The notes: generated by a model not told the origin, from the sequence alone. A stretch of 64,000 bases of DNA from a bacterium (GCA_009923445.1 RFTN01000002.1:38436-102435); one strand, 5' to 3'; positions 9,988 through 21,000 are shown, numbered from the stretch's first letter. Program-made: numbers and translations.

Positions 9988-10853
9988 ACTACGTATGGAC
10001 TAAGTATTAAAAGAGAATTAGCGGTAACTAAACTTACGAGTGAAAATAAAAACACTTTTTTTGCCCAATTTTTATCGGTAACACCCTGCGTAGAAAACGC
10101 AATATACAACCAACGCATAGCTACTACTAACATTACACTGCCAAATACTATGCCTCCGCCACCAAAAGTGCTGAGTAGTAAAACTACAATACCAAATAAT
10201 ACAATATACAGCTGCATGTGTCGTTTTGTAGTCTGCACACCACTCACAATTGGTAAAAGCGGAATACTTGCACGCTTGTAATCATCGATTCGCCGTATAG
10301 CAATTGCGTAAAAATGGGGCATTTGCCACGTAACTAACATCAAAAATAATAGCAGCGCTTTAATATCTAGCTGATTGGTTGCGGCAACATAGCCAGCAAC
10401 TGGTGGCAGAGCGCCAGAAATTGTGCCAATAAGCGTACTATGCACGGTGGTACGCTTGGCATAGCCATAAACGACAACATAAAAAAACAACCCTAAAACG
10501 CCGCAAACTACCGTAAGTGTGTTTGTATATGTCGCTAAAAGTGTTACGCCTACACATCCAAGTATTGTCGCGAATATATAGGCAATAGTAGGCGTTATAG
10601 AACCGGTCACAAGTGCACGTTTTTTTGTGCGTTCCATGAGTGCATCTAAACGAACGTCTAGTATGTTATTTAAAACACAACCACATGCAATGATTAGTGC
10701 CGTGCCAGCTAGTAGTGCTGCCAAAGTTTGCAGGTGTACATCACCAGCTGCGCCAAAGAAATAGCCAGCCGTGGCAGCAAAAACATTACTGTAAACAATA
10801 CCCGGCTTTGTCATCCAGTAAAATTGCTTAATACGCTTTTTACTTAGTAACAT
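9984..10853 (-). CDS. ctaB: protoheme IX farnesyltransferase (heme O synthase), UbiA family
   Basis: Multi-TM UbiA-type protein with NNILDVRLDALMERTKKRALVTG and a second Asp-rich region, RRIDDYKRASIPLLP. Confidence 0.8.
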   Translation of the reverse strand: MLLSKKRIKQFYWMTKPGIVYSNVFAATAGYFFGAAGDVHLQTLAALLAGTALIIACGCVLNNILDVRLDALMERTKKRALVTGSITPTIAYIFATILGCVGVTLLATYTNTLTVVCGVLGLFFYVVVYGYAKRTTVHSTLIGTISGALPPVAGYVAATNQLDIKALLLFLMLVTWQMPHFYAIAIRRIDDYKRASIPLLPIVSGVQTTKRHMQLYIVLFGIVVLLLSTFGGGGIVFGSVMLVVAMRWLYIAFSTQGVTDKNWAKKVFLFSLVSLVTANSLLILSPYVV

Positions 10854-10878
10854 TTGCTAATTAGCCCACTTTATAAGG

Positions 10879-11301
10879 TTATTTTTTACGACGCTTCATG
10901 CTGGCAACTTGCAGGCGAACTGCGTGTCTATCCATCATGGCTTGAGCGTTCTGTAACGAAACATGGTCTTTGGCATTTGCCTTGAGATTTTTTGCTCGTT
11001 CATAAGCATCTTGCACTTCTTTTTCATTGAGTGAATCGGCTGAATCGGCTTCGTCGACCAAAACTCGTAACTGATCATTTTCAACCTGTACCGTACCGCC
11101 GCTGATCGCAAATACATCTCGTTGATCATCGCGCTCTGTAGCGGTGCGCCTAACTAGTATAACGCCGTCGGTTGCAACACTAATAAGAGGCATATGCCCT
11201 GGTAGCACGCCAATTATGCCATCGAGTGTTGGTATGATAACTTCGTAAACTTGGTCATCAAATTTAACACCGTCTAGGCTATACAACGTAAAATGAATCA
11301 T
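10879..11301 (-). CDS. atpC: F1 ATP synthase subunit epsilon
   Basis: The N-terminal beta-sandwich motif IPTLDGIIGVLPGHMPLIS, plus its position downstream of atpD. Confidence 0.85.
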   Translation of the reverse strand: MIHFTLYSLDGVKFDDQVYEVIIPTLDGIIGVLPGHMPLISVATDGVILVRRTATERDDQRDVFAISGGTVQVENDQLRVLVDEADSADSLNEKEVQDAYERAKNLKANAKDHVSLQNAQAMMDRHAVRLQVASMKRRKK

Positions 11302-11315
11302 TGTTGAACCATTAT

Positions 11316-13003
<1,688 letters not shown>

Positions 13004-13031
13004 AATTTAACTCCTTTTATAATTACGTGGT

Positions 13032-13904
13032 TCATTTCATTGCCTCTGCGCCACCGGTAACTTCGGCGATTTCTTGTGTAATGTTTGCTTGGCGGGCAGT
13101 ATTGAATGCTAGGGTAAGGTCGTCTATAAGGTCGTTGGCGTTGTCAGTGGCGTTTTTCATGCTTAGCATGCGCATACTGTGTTCGCTGGCTATACTCTCG
13201 AGCATAGCCTGCCAAATTTGGACCTCTAGCAGGCGCTCGGTCACATTATCGAGCACTGCTGTAATTGAAGGCTCAAACGTAACATCATTGAGCGATTCGA
13301 CCGCATCGGGGTCAGAAACATCAACTCGGGCAGGCAACAACGACAAAGATGTAGCTACTTGAGCAATATTTGATTGGTGTACTGTGTACAAAAGTTGCAC
13401 GTCATCAACCTCTTTATTTTCATACAGCTCGCTAATTGATGTTAGAATTGGACGTATATCATTTGCAGTTGGGTGGTCACCAAAACTAGGAAAAGCTGCC
13501 AGCAAGTCAATTGCGTCAATACGTTTTATAAACTGAACACCACGGTTACCAATTATGATAGCTTTGGTTGTAATGTTATCTTTTTGATCTTGTTGGGCTG
13601 CTTTGGTGAGCAGTTTTATAATATTGCTATTATAGGCACCCGCCAAACCGCGGTCGCTTGTTATAGCTACATATAAACGTGTCTTAACTTCGCGTTTAGT
13701 ATACAGCGGGTGGTCAACAATATCGGTAACAGTACTGAGTCGTGATAGTAATTCGTGAGCAGCCTTGCGATAACTGCGACCTTGCTGTGCGACCTCTGTT
13801 GCGCGGCGCATTTTACTGGCAGCAACTAACTCCATCGCTTTAGTTATTTGGCGAGTGCTTTGCACGCTTTTTCGGCGTCGTTGGAGTATTTGTGTACTAG
13901 CCAT
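13032..13904 (-). CDS. atpG: F1 ATP synthase subunit gamma
   Basis: N-terminus RRRKSVQSTRQITKAMELVAASKMRRA and C-terminus ITQEIAEVTGGAEA. Confidence 0.9.
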   Translation of the reverse strand: MASTQILQRRRKSVQSTRQITKAMELVAASKMRRATEVAQQGRSYRKAAHELLSRLSTVTDIVDHPLYTKREVKTRLYVAITSDRGLAGAYNSNIIKLLTKAAQQDQKDNITTKAIIIGNRGVQFIKRIDAIDLLAAFPSFGDHPTANDIRPILTSISELYENKEVDDVQLLYTVHQSNIAQVATSLSLLPARVDVSDPDAVESLNDVTFEPSITAVLDNVTERLLEVQIWQAMLESIASEHSMRMLSMKNATDNANDLIDDLTLAFNTARQANITQEIAEVTGGAEAMK

Positions 13905-14256
13905 GATTTGCTCCGTAAAGCCTGTCTTGGGTTAAACAAATATCGATTATTGCACTAACTAACTGATGTGGACTTTCTTGAATTTTTGGATTTGGTGAAA
14001 ACTTACTGAGTTCTGTAACCCACACACCAAGCCCTCTTTCAGTTGTATTGATGTATGGATCTGTTCCTGACCATTCAACTATGTTGTAGCAACCAGGGCT
14101 CAATTCATCACCACAATTCCACTGATTTAAATATATACCTTGAGTTTCGTCAGATTCGTCTTCTCCAGGGAATAAAAAACTTTCACGCAATGTCCACGCA
14201 GCATCAAGAATGACAGGGTCATACGCTTGATCGATGGATATTCGTGCATCAGACAT
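13897..14256 (-). CDS. hypothetical 119-aa protein embedded between atpA and atpG
   Basis: ATG 14256 directly follows the atpA TAA stop (TAAATG). Its last 8 nt overlap the atpG start. The atpG GGAG SD (13914..13911) lies inside it. I recognise no motif. Confidence 0.6.
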   Translation of the reverse strand: MSDARISIDQAYDPVILDAAWTLRESFLFPGEDESDETQGIYLNQWNCGDELSPGCYNIVEWSGTDPYINTTERGLGVWVTELSKFSPNPKIQESPHQLVSAIIDICLTQDRLYGANHG

Positions 14257-15822
14257 TTACTTAGATTCCTTTTTTTCTTCGACGTGTTTGTAGGCTTTGG
14301 CAATACTTTCAGCTAGTTTTAAGATTTTGGCTTTGTCTTCATCTTTTGGTTCGGTGCCAGTATCAAGACCACTTACAATTTTTGGGTGGTCGTGCTTAAC
14401 ATCACGGAGTAGGGCGGCTTCGGCAGTTTTAACTTTATCTAGTGGTACTGCGTCAAATTTTCCCTCGGTAGCGGCGAGCAAAATAGTGTACATTTGCCAT
14501 ACGGCGTACGGTGAGTATTGTGGCTGTTTTAGTAATTCAGTCAAACGCTGACCACGTTCGATACGTTGTTTGGTATCGGCATCAAGGTCGGTACTAAACT
14601 GGCTAAATGCAGCCAACTCGCGGAACTGCGCCAAGTCGACACGCAAACTTTTAGCAACAGACTTAACAGCTTTGGTTTGAGCCGATCCACCCACACGCGA
14701 CACACTCAGACCAACAGAAACGGCCGGGCGAATACCTTGGTAAAACAAGTTTGTTTCCATAAAAATCTGACCGTCAGTAATACTAATAACGTTGGTCGGA
14801 ATATAGGCACTAATATCACCAGCCTGGGTTTCGATAATAGGCAGGGCTGTTAATGACCCTGCACCTAAATCGTCAGATAGTTTGGCGCTGCGTTCTAGCA
14901 AGCGGCTATGCAAGTAAAATACATCGCCAGGGTAAGCTTCGCGGCCTGGTGGGCGGCGCAAAAGTAGTGACATTTGACGGTAGGCTGCAGCATGCTTGGA
15001 TAAATCGTCATAAATAATCAATGCGTGTTGTTTGTTGTCTCTGAAGTATTCACCCATACTGGTAGCGGCATAAGGCGCCAAGTACTGCAAGCTTGCAGGG
15101 TCGGCAGCGCTGGTGGCCACAATAATGGTTTGTTCCATAACACCTTCGCGCTTTAGGCGCTCGACAAGGCGGGCAACTTTACTCATTTTTTGCCCAATAG
15201 CTACATAAATATTTATGACACCTGTTTTTTGGTGGTGCTGGTTAATCATAGTGTCAACAGCTATGGCAGTTTTACCTGTTTGGCGATCGCCAATAATCAG
15301 CTCGCGCTGACCACGACCAATTGGCACCATTGCATCAATAGCGGTAATACCAGTCATGAGTGGTTCGTGAACACTTTTACGCGACAAAACACCTGGGGCA
15401 ATCTTTTCGACAGGGCTCATTTGCTTTGTTTTAATTGCGCCCTTGCCGTCGATAGGCACACCTAGAGGGTTAACAACACGGCCAACAAGCTCGGGGCCAA
15501 CCGGAACTTCCATAACTTTGCCGGTAAGTTTTGCTTTACCGCCAGCTTTAATAAGCGTATCATCACCTAGCAGTACTGCACCGATTTCGTCTTCGCCAAG
15601 GTTAAAGGCAAATGCAGAGACAACACTGCCATCAGTTGCATCAAGTTCAATCATTTCGTTATAGCCACAGTTTGTCAGGCCATAAATCCACACCACACCA
15701 TCACCAACACGGGTAACAATGCCTGTTTGTTCTATTTCGGGGCGCTTTTTAAGCTCAGCAATTGCAGATCTAATATCGGCCGACAAGTCTGCAATCGAGA
15801 TATCTTTCATTATGTTAGGCAT
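14257..15822 (-). CDS. atpA: F1 ATP synthase subunit alpha
   Basis: [18 protein letters not shown] Walker [35 protein letters not shown]. Confidence 0.95.
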   Translation of the reverse strand: MPNIMKDISIADLSADIRSAIAELKKRPEIEQTGIVTRVGDGVVWIYGLTNCGYNEMIELDATDGSVVSAFAFNLGEDEIGAVLLGDDTLIKAGGKAKLTGKVMEVPVGPELVGRVVNPLGVPIDGKGAIKTKQMSPVEKIAPGVLSRKSVHEPLMTGITAIDAMVPIGRGQRELIIGDRQTGKTAIAVDTMINQHHQKTGVINIYVAIGQKMSKVARLVERLKREGVMEQTIIVATSAADPASLQYLAPYAATSMGEYFRDNKQHALIIYDDLSKHAAAYRQMSLLLRRPPGREAYPGDVFYLHSRLLERSAKLSDDLGAGSLTALPIIETQAGDISAYIPTNVISITDGQIFMETNLFYQGIRPAVSVGLSVSRVGGSAQTKAVKSVAKSLRVDLAQFRELAAFSQFSTDLDADTKQRIERGQRLTELLKQPQYSPYAVWQMYTILLAATEGKFDAVPLDKVKTAEAALLRDVKHDHPKIVSGLDTGTEPKDEDKAKILKLAESIAKAYKHVEEKKESK

Positions 15823-15825
15823 CGG

Positions 15826-16227
15826 TTAATCCTTTCTTGCAGCCGTGAGCTGTTTAAATTTATTGAGCTTAGCGCGGACAGTTAAATCAAGCTCCTCACC
15901 GCCGAACTCAATACGCAAGCCACCAACAACGTTTGGGTCAATAGTTTCGTTTACATTATAAGATGCAGCATTAGGGTATTCTTGTACAACTGCAGCCATA
16001 ACATCGTCTCTTACGTCGCTGCTAATAGGGAAGGCTGACACTACTGACACTTCAACGTGGCCATGTTGGGCACGGTATGCAAGCACATCACGCATAATGC
16101 TATCCAGCTCATAGACACGGTTTTCCTCAAGTAGATAACCTGCTACTGCGTGAGCAAGTTGTTTGGAATCTTGCACTTTAAGTGTTTTTTCGGCTATTGC
16201 TTTAGCAATTTGGGAGCGATTATGCAT
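15826..16227 (-). CDS. atpH: F1 ATP synthase subunit delta (OSCP family), unusually short at 133 aa
   Basis: C-terminal OSCP-like segment VEVSVVSAFPIS...VVGGLRIEFGGEELDLTVRAKL, and its position between atpF and atpA. Confidence 0.75.
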   Translation of the reverse strand: MHNRSQIAKAIAEKTLKVQDSKQLAHAVAGYLLEENRVYELDSIMRDVLAYRAQHGHVEVSVVSAFPISSDVRDDVMAAVVQEYPNAASYNVNETIDPNVVGGLRIEFGGEELDLTVRAKLNKFKQLTAARKD

Positions 16228-16757
16228 TATTTTTTGCGACCCTTCAGTGCGTTATCTATTAGTTCAGAGTCTTTTTTGGCATCTACTTTTTCGTGCACTA
16301 CAGCTTCGGTCGCTTCAGAAACAAGGCCAACAATCTCTTTCTCTAGGCTACGACGTGCACGTTCGCTATCTTCGCCAATTTGCTCGTGTGCTTCTTTAAG
16401 CATTGCATCAGCCTTAGCTTTTGTAGATTTTTCTGACTTATGGGCGATTTCGCGTGATTCTTTATGTGCATTTGCGATAATGCGGTCAGCTTCATGACGA
16501 GCTTCGCGTATAACAGCTTCTGATTCGCCCTCAAGGTGTTTCATACGCTTTTCCATTTGTTCACCCAATAACACGCCGTCTTCAATAGTTTGGCGGCGCT
16601 TTTCAAGCATGGCAATGATTGGTTTGAATGCAAACTTTTTAAGAAGCAAAAATACCAAGACAAATGTGAGTAGCTGTATGACAAATGCTTGCACCGAAAA
16701 GCCTAAAATACCGCCAGAAGTTTCTGTCGATTCAGCTGCAAAGGTTGTTAACATCAT
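16227..16757 (-). CDS. atpF: Fo ATP synthase subunit b
   Basis: A single N-terminal TM helix followed by a long charged coiled-coil, KPIIAMLEKRRQTIEDG. Operon position supports the call. Confidence 0.85.
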   Translation of the reverse strand: MMLTTFAAESTETSGGILGFSVQAFVIQLLTFVLVFLLLKKFAFKPIIAMLEKRRQTIEDGVLLGEQMEKRMKHLEGESEAVIREARHEADRIIANAHKESREIAHKSEKSTKAKADAMLKEAHEQIGEDSERARRSLEKEIVGLVSEATEAVVHEKVDAKKDSELIDNALKGRKK

Positions 16758-16780
16758 TATTTATCTCCTATATTTTTGGG

Positions 16781-17005
16781 TTAAATAATGAACAATGACG
16801 CAAATACTAATAGTGCCATAAGCTCAACAATGGCAATAATGACCAAGATTTGACCTAAGTATTTGCTTGATTCTGGGTTGCGACCAACTGCATTCATAAA
16901 TGCCATACCAATCATACCTATACCAATAGCTGGCCCTAGCATACCAAAGCCCATCATAATACCTTTAGCTAACACTGTTAAATCTGTTGCTTCTGCAATA
17001 AACAT
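16781..17005 (-). CDS. atpE: Fo ATP synthase subunit c
   Basis: 74-aa two-helix hairpin with the loop GRNPES and a carboxylate in IAIVELMALLVF. Confidence 0.9.
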   Translation of the reverse strand: MFIAEATDLTVLAKGIMMGFGMLGPAIGIGMIGMAFMNAVGRNPESSKYLGQILVIIAIVELMALLVFASLFII

Positions 17006-17060
17006 GTCTTACTCCCTTTATTTATTTGTAACATTTAATTTATAAATCATCGTACTACCT

Positions 17061-17894
17061 TTAAGCTCCCGCCGTAACCGTTGCTGTCGCAGCATGGTCT
17101 TCGACTTCGTGTTGTTGGTGGTGTTTGACGGCAACCGCCAAGTACATCACTGACAACATAACAAAAATGTAAGCTTGCAATGCTCCGACGAGCATTTCAA
17201 GTATTACAAAAGGTAACGCAGTCAGTGGGGCGGCAGCAGCGCCCAGGTAAGCAAAAACAGCAATGATAATTTCGCCGATGGCAACATTTAAAAACAAACG
17301 CAGCGCCAGGCTAAAAATGCGGGTAAATTCGCCTAAAATCTCAAAAGCTCCTAAAAACCACGTCATTGGGTTTTTAAAGCTTCCATTAAAGTAATGCTTT
17401 AAATGAGGTATAAAACCGGATTCTGCTATAGCAAACTTTTGAATAAAAAACATACTGACGACTGCAGCAGCTAGCGTGCCGTTTAAGTCGGCTGTAAAAG
17501 GCCTAAATGCTGGGTTACCATTAAGCGTTACAGCCTCGCCAACACCTGGCATTAAACCTAGCCAGTTGCTTAATGTTATAAAAAAGAACATAGAGACAAA
17601 ATAAGGCGCATACTTGATGGCCTTTTTACGGTCACCCAGACTGCTGGCTATGAGGTTTGTAATAAAATCGGTGCCAAGTTCATAAAACTGTATTATGCCC
17701 CCTCGCGGCTTAATGCGCACCATTCGGGCAACCATTATACTCAGAGCCAATATTAAAACACTGCAAAACCACGCATAAAGCATACTGTTAGTAATACTAA
17801 GCGACCCAATGGTAAACACCTCGCCTGGTGTAATATGCACTACCGGCCCACTTTTAGCGGCCGCTTCGGCGCTAGCCATTAGACTTAGAATCAT
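17061..17894 (-). CDS. atpB: Fo ATP synthase subunit a
   Basis: Multi-TM protein with the conserved Arg motif FSLALRLFLNVAIGE. Confidence 0.9.
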   Translation of the reverse strand: MILSLMASAEAAAKSGPVVHITPGEVFTIGSLSITNSMLYAWFCSVLILALSIMVARMVRIKPRGGIIQFYELGTDFITNLIASSLGDRKKAIKYAPYFVSMFFFITLSNWLGLMPGVGEAVTLNGNPAFRPFTADLNGTLAAAVVSMFFIQKFAIAESGFIPHLKHYFNGSFKNPMTWFLGAFEILGEFTRIFSLALRLFLNVAIGEIIIAVFAYLGAAAAPLTALPFVILEMLVGALQAYIFVMLSVMYLAVAVKHHQQHEVEDHAATATVTAGA

Positions 17895-18238
17895 TTTTTA
17901 TTACCCTTCTTTTTAGCGGCGGCTTTGGCTGTGGCCTCAGCTAGCTCTTCTTCGGCTTGTTCTTGATTAACTTGTTTAACAGAATCCCACACTACAACGG
18001 CGCCGCCTGCAACTGCGAGCATAAAACCTGCTAGCGTATACGACGGTGAACTATTAAATCGTTGGTCAATTTTAATACCGGCAATTAGCGGAATAAGAAC
18101 AGTCAAAGCAAGGCGCCAGCCCATACCGATTGTGACTGCAAAAAATCTACTCTTAGCTGCAAGCACGTCCATATCAAATTGTTGACCACTCTGACTAGTG
18201 GGCGACTTTGGTGTTTTGGTGACGCCTGCTTTACTCAT
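17891..18238 (-). CDS. AtpZ/AtpI-like small membrane protein at the head of the atp operon
   Basis: Two TM helices around IAGIKIDQRFNSSPSYTLAGFMLAVAGG, which resembles the AtpZ/AtpI pattern. It overlaps the atpB start by 4 nt. A TGgTATACT extended -10 lies upstream. Confidence 0.6.
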   Translation of the reverse strand: MSKAGVTKTPKSPTSQSGQQFDMDVLAAKSRFFAVTIGMGWRLALTVLIPLIAGIKIDQRFNSSPSYTLAGFMLAVAGGAVVVWDSVKQVNQEQAEEELAEATAKAAAKKKGNKK

Positions 18239-18352
18239 TTGTTACTACTAGTATACCAGCGAAACAAAAGGGGCCGCAAGTGCTTACACGGTGTAATTAC
18301 TTTTTTACGACATTACGTGCTAGTGGTTACTAGTAAGAACCGTGCACCACCC

Positions 18353-18961
18353 CTACTGGCTGGGGTCAACCGCTTTGATAATTCGGTCCCATAATGTGAG
18401 TGGTTTTGTACCGCTACAACTAGCCGGATCAAATTGCTTGTCAACTTCTTCGGCATTTTTACGTATGCCGTCATATTGTTGCTGCAAGGCCGTAGCATCT
18501 TCACTGCCATAACTTACCAAAAGAGCGTCTTTGTCTTCTATTACTCGGTTTGTAATTGTGTCCACTTTTTGGCCGTTTAGTATAAACGTTAATTTTTTAG
18601 CATCGATGCCATCAACATATGTATCAGCTATATTAGTGAATGCCTTGTTTGTAATGCCGTAGCCAATGTTTGCAAAAAATGCACTCCACGTCACGGCGTC
18701 GTCATGCACATGCACGACATCGTTATTTGGTTTGTGCAAGTGCGCACGACCCTTAGGGCTTGTTCCTTCGCCGCTACAGGCCTGAACTTCTTCATATTGA
18801 GTAAACAAATCAAGCGGATCACGCTGACCGTTAACATAAATTGCAACATTTGCATGGTAGTGAGTCGATTTATCTTGAATTGATATAACGCGCAAGGTAA
18901 TAAACCACACCGCGCCCAGTAAAAACGCTAATACTAAATACAAAAATTGCTTCTTGTTCAT
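18353..18961 (-). CDS. hypothetical membrane-anchored protein with His clusters
   Basis: N-terminal TM (FLYLVLAFLLGAVWFITL) with HYHANVAIYVNG and HLHKPNNDVVHVHDD clusters. Confidence 0.55.
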   Translation of the reverse strand: MNKKQFLYLVLAFLLGAVWFITLRVISIQDKSTHYHANVAIYVNGQRDPLDLFTQYEEVQACSGEGTSPKGRAHLHKPNNDVVHVHDDAVTWSAFFANIGYGITNKAFTNIADTYVDGIDAKKLTFILNGQKVDTITNRVIEDKDALLVSYGSEDATALQQQYDGIRKNAEEVDKQFDPASCSGTKPLTLWDRIIKAVDPSQ

Positions 18962-19000
18962 GCTAGTAGTGTAGCAGTCTTAGGGTGTACAATTAAAGAG

Positions 19001-19186
19001 ATGATATGGTTAGCACATGCAGGAGAACAGCACGAAACTACTACACAGAGTGTCTTTCACGTAGTAAAAACTAATTTTGTAGCTTATTTTTTAATTACAG
19101 CGGTTTTTATTGGTATTATTTTTTTATTAGCCAGCCTATCTAAACCTAAAAAACAATCTAAGCAAAAGGACGAACCAAATGAGTGA
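19001..19186 (+). CDS. hypothetical small single-TM protein
   Basis: ATG 19001 lies 7 nt after TACAAT (18988-18993). One TM (FVAYFLITAVFIGIIFLLASL). It overlaps the next gene's start by 8 nt. Confidence 0.4.
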   Translation: MIWLAHAGEQHETTTQSVFHVVKTNFVAYFLITAVFIGIIFLLASLSKPKKQSKQKDEPNE

Positions 19187-19421
19187 TTCAAAAAAAGTTA
19201 TTGTTTACAGCACAACGTGGTGTGGCTTTTGTAAAATGGCTAAACAGTATTTTGATAGTAAAAAAATAGCCTATACCGAAGTTAATATCGAAGAAGACGA
19301 AGCCGCTGCCAGGCAAATTGTTGAAGAAACTGGCCAGATGGGTGTACCCGTTATACGCATTGGCAAAGAGGTTATTGTTGGCTTTGACCGACCAAAAATC
19401 GACGCCGCATTAGCAGCTTAA
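19179..19421 (+). CDS. glutaredoxin-like protein (CxxC thioredoxin fold)
   Basis: VIVYSTTWCGFCKMAKQYF with the CGFC active site, and the cis-Pro region GVPVIRIG. Confidence 0.8.
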   Translation: MSDSKKVIVYSTTWCGFCKMAKQYFDSKKIAYTEVNIEEDEAAARQIVEETGQMGVPVIRIGKEVIVGFDRPKIDAALAA

Positions 19422-19484
19422 CACTACATATAGTGTGTGATATATATCATAGACACTAGTTGTGACATTGTGTAAGCTAAACGC

Positions 19485-19838
19485 ATGGGACTTAATAAAC
19501 TACAACCAGAGCTAGATAACCAACAAATAGTTGAGCGATTACATGCATTTGGTAAATCAGAAGAAGAAATACTTCAATTACTTGGTGGTTTTAGCTTATT
19601 TTTGAGTGGTGAAGCTGACGTTCCTCCATTACCAAAAAATACCTGGGTTGATGATGAAGACCTGCCATTAGTAGAAAATGATGAACGCGTAAAGCTAGCA
19701 AGACTTGATCTAGAGCTTATACGTAAAGTTAAGGGCGAAGATACTAACACCATTGAGAGAAGCCGTTCTACCGAGTGGTACGTGTTACTAGAAAAATTTA
19801 TTTCGGTTATACCTATTGAAGATAAGTACGTAGCCTAG
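19485..19838 (+). CDS. hypothetical protein
   Basis: 117-aa acidic ORF with no recognisable motif. Confidence 0.45.
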   Translation: MGLNKLQPELDNQQIVERLHAFGKSEEEILQLLGGFSLFLSGEADVPPLPKNTWVDDEDLPLVENDERVKLARLDLELIRKVKGEDTNTIERSRSTEWYVLLEKFISVIPIEDKYVA

Positions 19839-19941
19839 TAGGTACACCTTAATTTTTTTTAGTTGTTAGCTTTTAAATTTTATCGTAATTAGAATCATAA
19901 GTTTTATTGTATTATTTATAATAATATTGTATAATCTTATT

Positions 19942-20373
19942 ATGAAATCTGCACTCGAACGCTTTCCTACACCCGAAGATTGGGTCGCCCTACAAGGTGG
20001 CAAGCCCACAATACTAGGTAATGCGGCTGGTGACGGCTTGTTTTTAGTTGTTCATGACTACGGCGACAAAACATTAGCGCAGTTTGGCATGATAGTACCA
20101 ACCCCTCATGATCAAATGATGAATAGTATTCTAAACCCGGTTGAATTGACGTATACACTGCAAAATCAACAGCACGACGTGCGTGTTCCAGCAGTTTTAT
20201 TAGCTGCACACCATGGCCTTGCGTGTAACCAAAAAAGCTACGATGCGCGGGGTAGCAGTTATGAGGTGCTTAATAAAAATACAAGTCGAGAGCTTGCAAT
20301 TCAAAAAGGGCTGGTGCCGTTTAGGCTTGGCGTGCTTGCTACAGGCCAACAATTACTTAGTCGTATCAAGTAA
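19942..20373 (+). CDS. hypothetical protein
   Basis: I moved the start from the track's TTG 19927 to ATG 19942, which lies 6 nt after TATAAT (19930-19935). Confidence 0.5.
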   Translation: MKSALERFPTPEDWVALQGGKPTILGNAAGDGLFLVVHDYGDKTLAQFGMIVPTPHDQMMNSILNPVELTYTLQNQQHDVRVPAVLLAAHHGLACNQKSYDARGSSYEVLNKNTSRELAIQKGLVPFRLGVLATGQQLLSRIK

Positions 20374-20394
20374 ACTACGCTATACTAGCTGTAT

Positions 20395-20970
20395 ATGGCG
20401 TTTGAGGATTATAAAACCAAAAAATCGGTTGTAGTTGTATATACAGGTGAGGGCAAGGGTAAAACCAGTGCGAGTGTTGGGCTTCTGGCCCGCGCTCTTG
20501 GCCGCGAGTGGTCTGTTGCATACATACAGTTTGTTAAAACCTGGGAAACGGGCGAATCTAACTTTATAGAAAAACTTAAAGCCGCAGACTTGTTTGGAGA
20601 TAAGCTTTTTTACTACCGTGGCGGTAAGGGCTTTTATAACGCTGGTGATATAAGCGCTAAAAATGTATCAGAAGATGAACATAAAAAGGCTGCCGAAGAA
20701 ACTTTTGCTATTGCCCTAAAAAAGGCCACCAGCGGCGAGTTCGACGTTGTTATATGTGATGAGATTAACAACGCAGCACACGATGGCCTGTTGCCAAAAA
20801 ACAGTATCGAAAAACTGATTAAAACTCGACATACTAAAACAAGCCTTTGCTTAACTGGGCGTAATTTTCCTGAAAAACTCGTACCACTCACCGATATTGC
20901 AACAAATATGACCAAAATTAAACATCATTTTGACGATAAATACTTAGCAAACAAAGGCATTGATTACTAA
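20395..20970 (+). CDS. cobO: cob(I)yrinic acid a,c-diamide / cob(I)alamin adenosyltransferase (CobA/CobO/BtuR family)
   Basis: VVVYTGEGKGKTSASVGLLARALG P-loop, IQFVK, VICDEINNA, LTGRNFPEKL ... KHHFDDKY..GIDY. Confidence 0.75.
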   Translation: MAFEDYKTKKSVVVVYTGEGKGKTSASVGLLARALGREWSVAYIQFVKTWETGESNFIEKLKAADLFGDKLFYYRGGKGFYNAGDISAKNVSEDEHKKAAEETFAIALKKATSGEFDVVICDEINNAAHDGLLPKNSIEKLIKTRHTKTSLCLTGRNFPEKLVPLTDIATNMTKIKHHFDDKYLANKGIDY

Positions 20971-21000
20971 AGCATAACTGGCTTGTGTTAGCATACTAAC

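Noticed and set aside
13027-16497. Several 60-115-aa + strand ORFs across the atp operon (13027..13362, 14297..14551, 14566..14853, 15190..15465, 16150..16497 and others)
   Set aside because: All are antisense to highly conserved atp genes, and none has translation signals.
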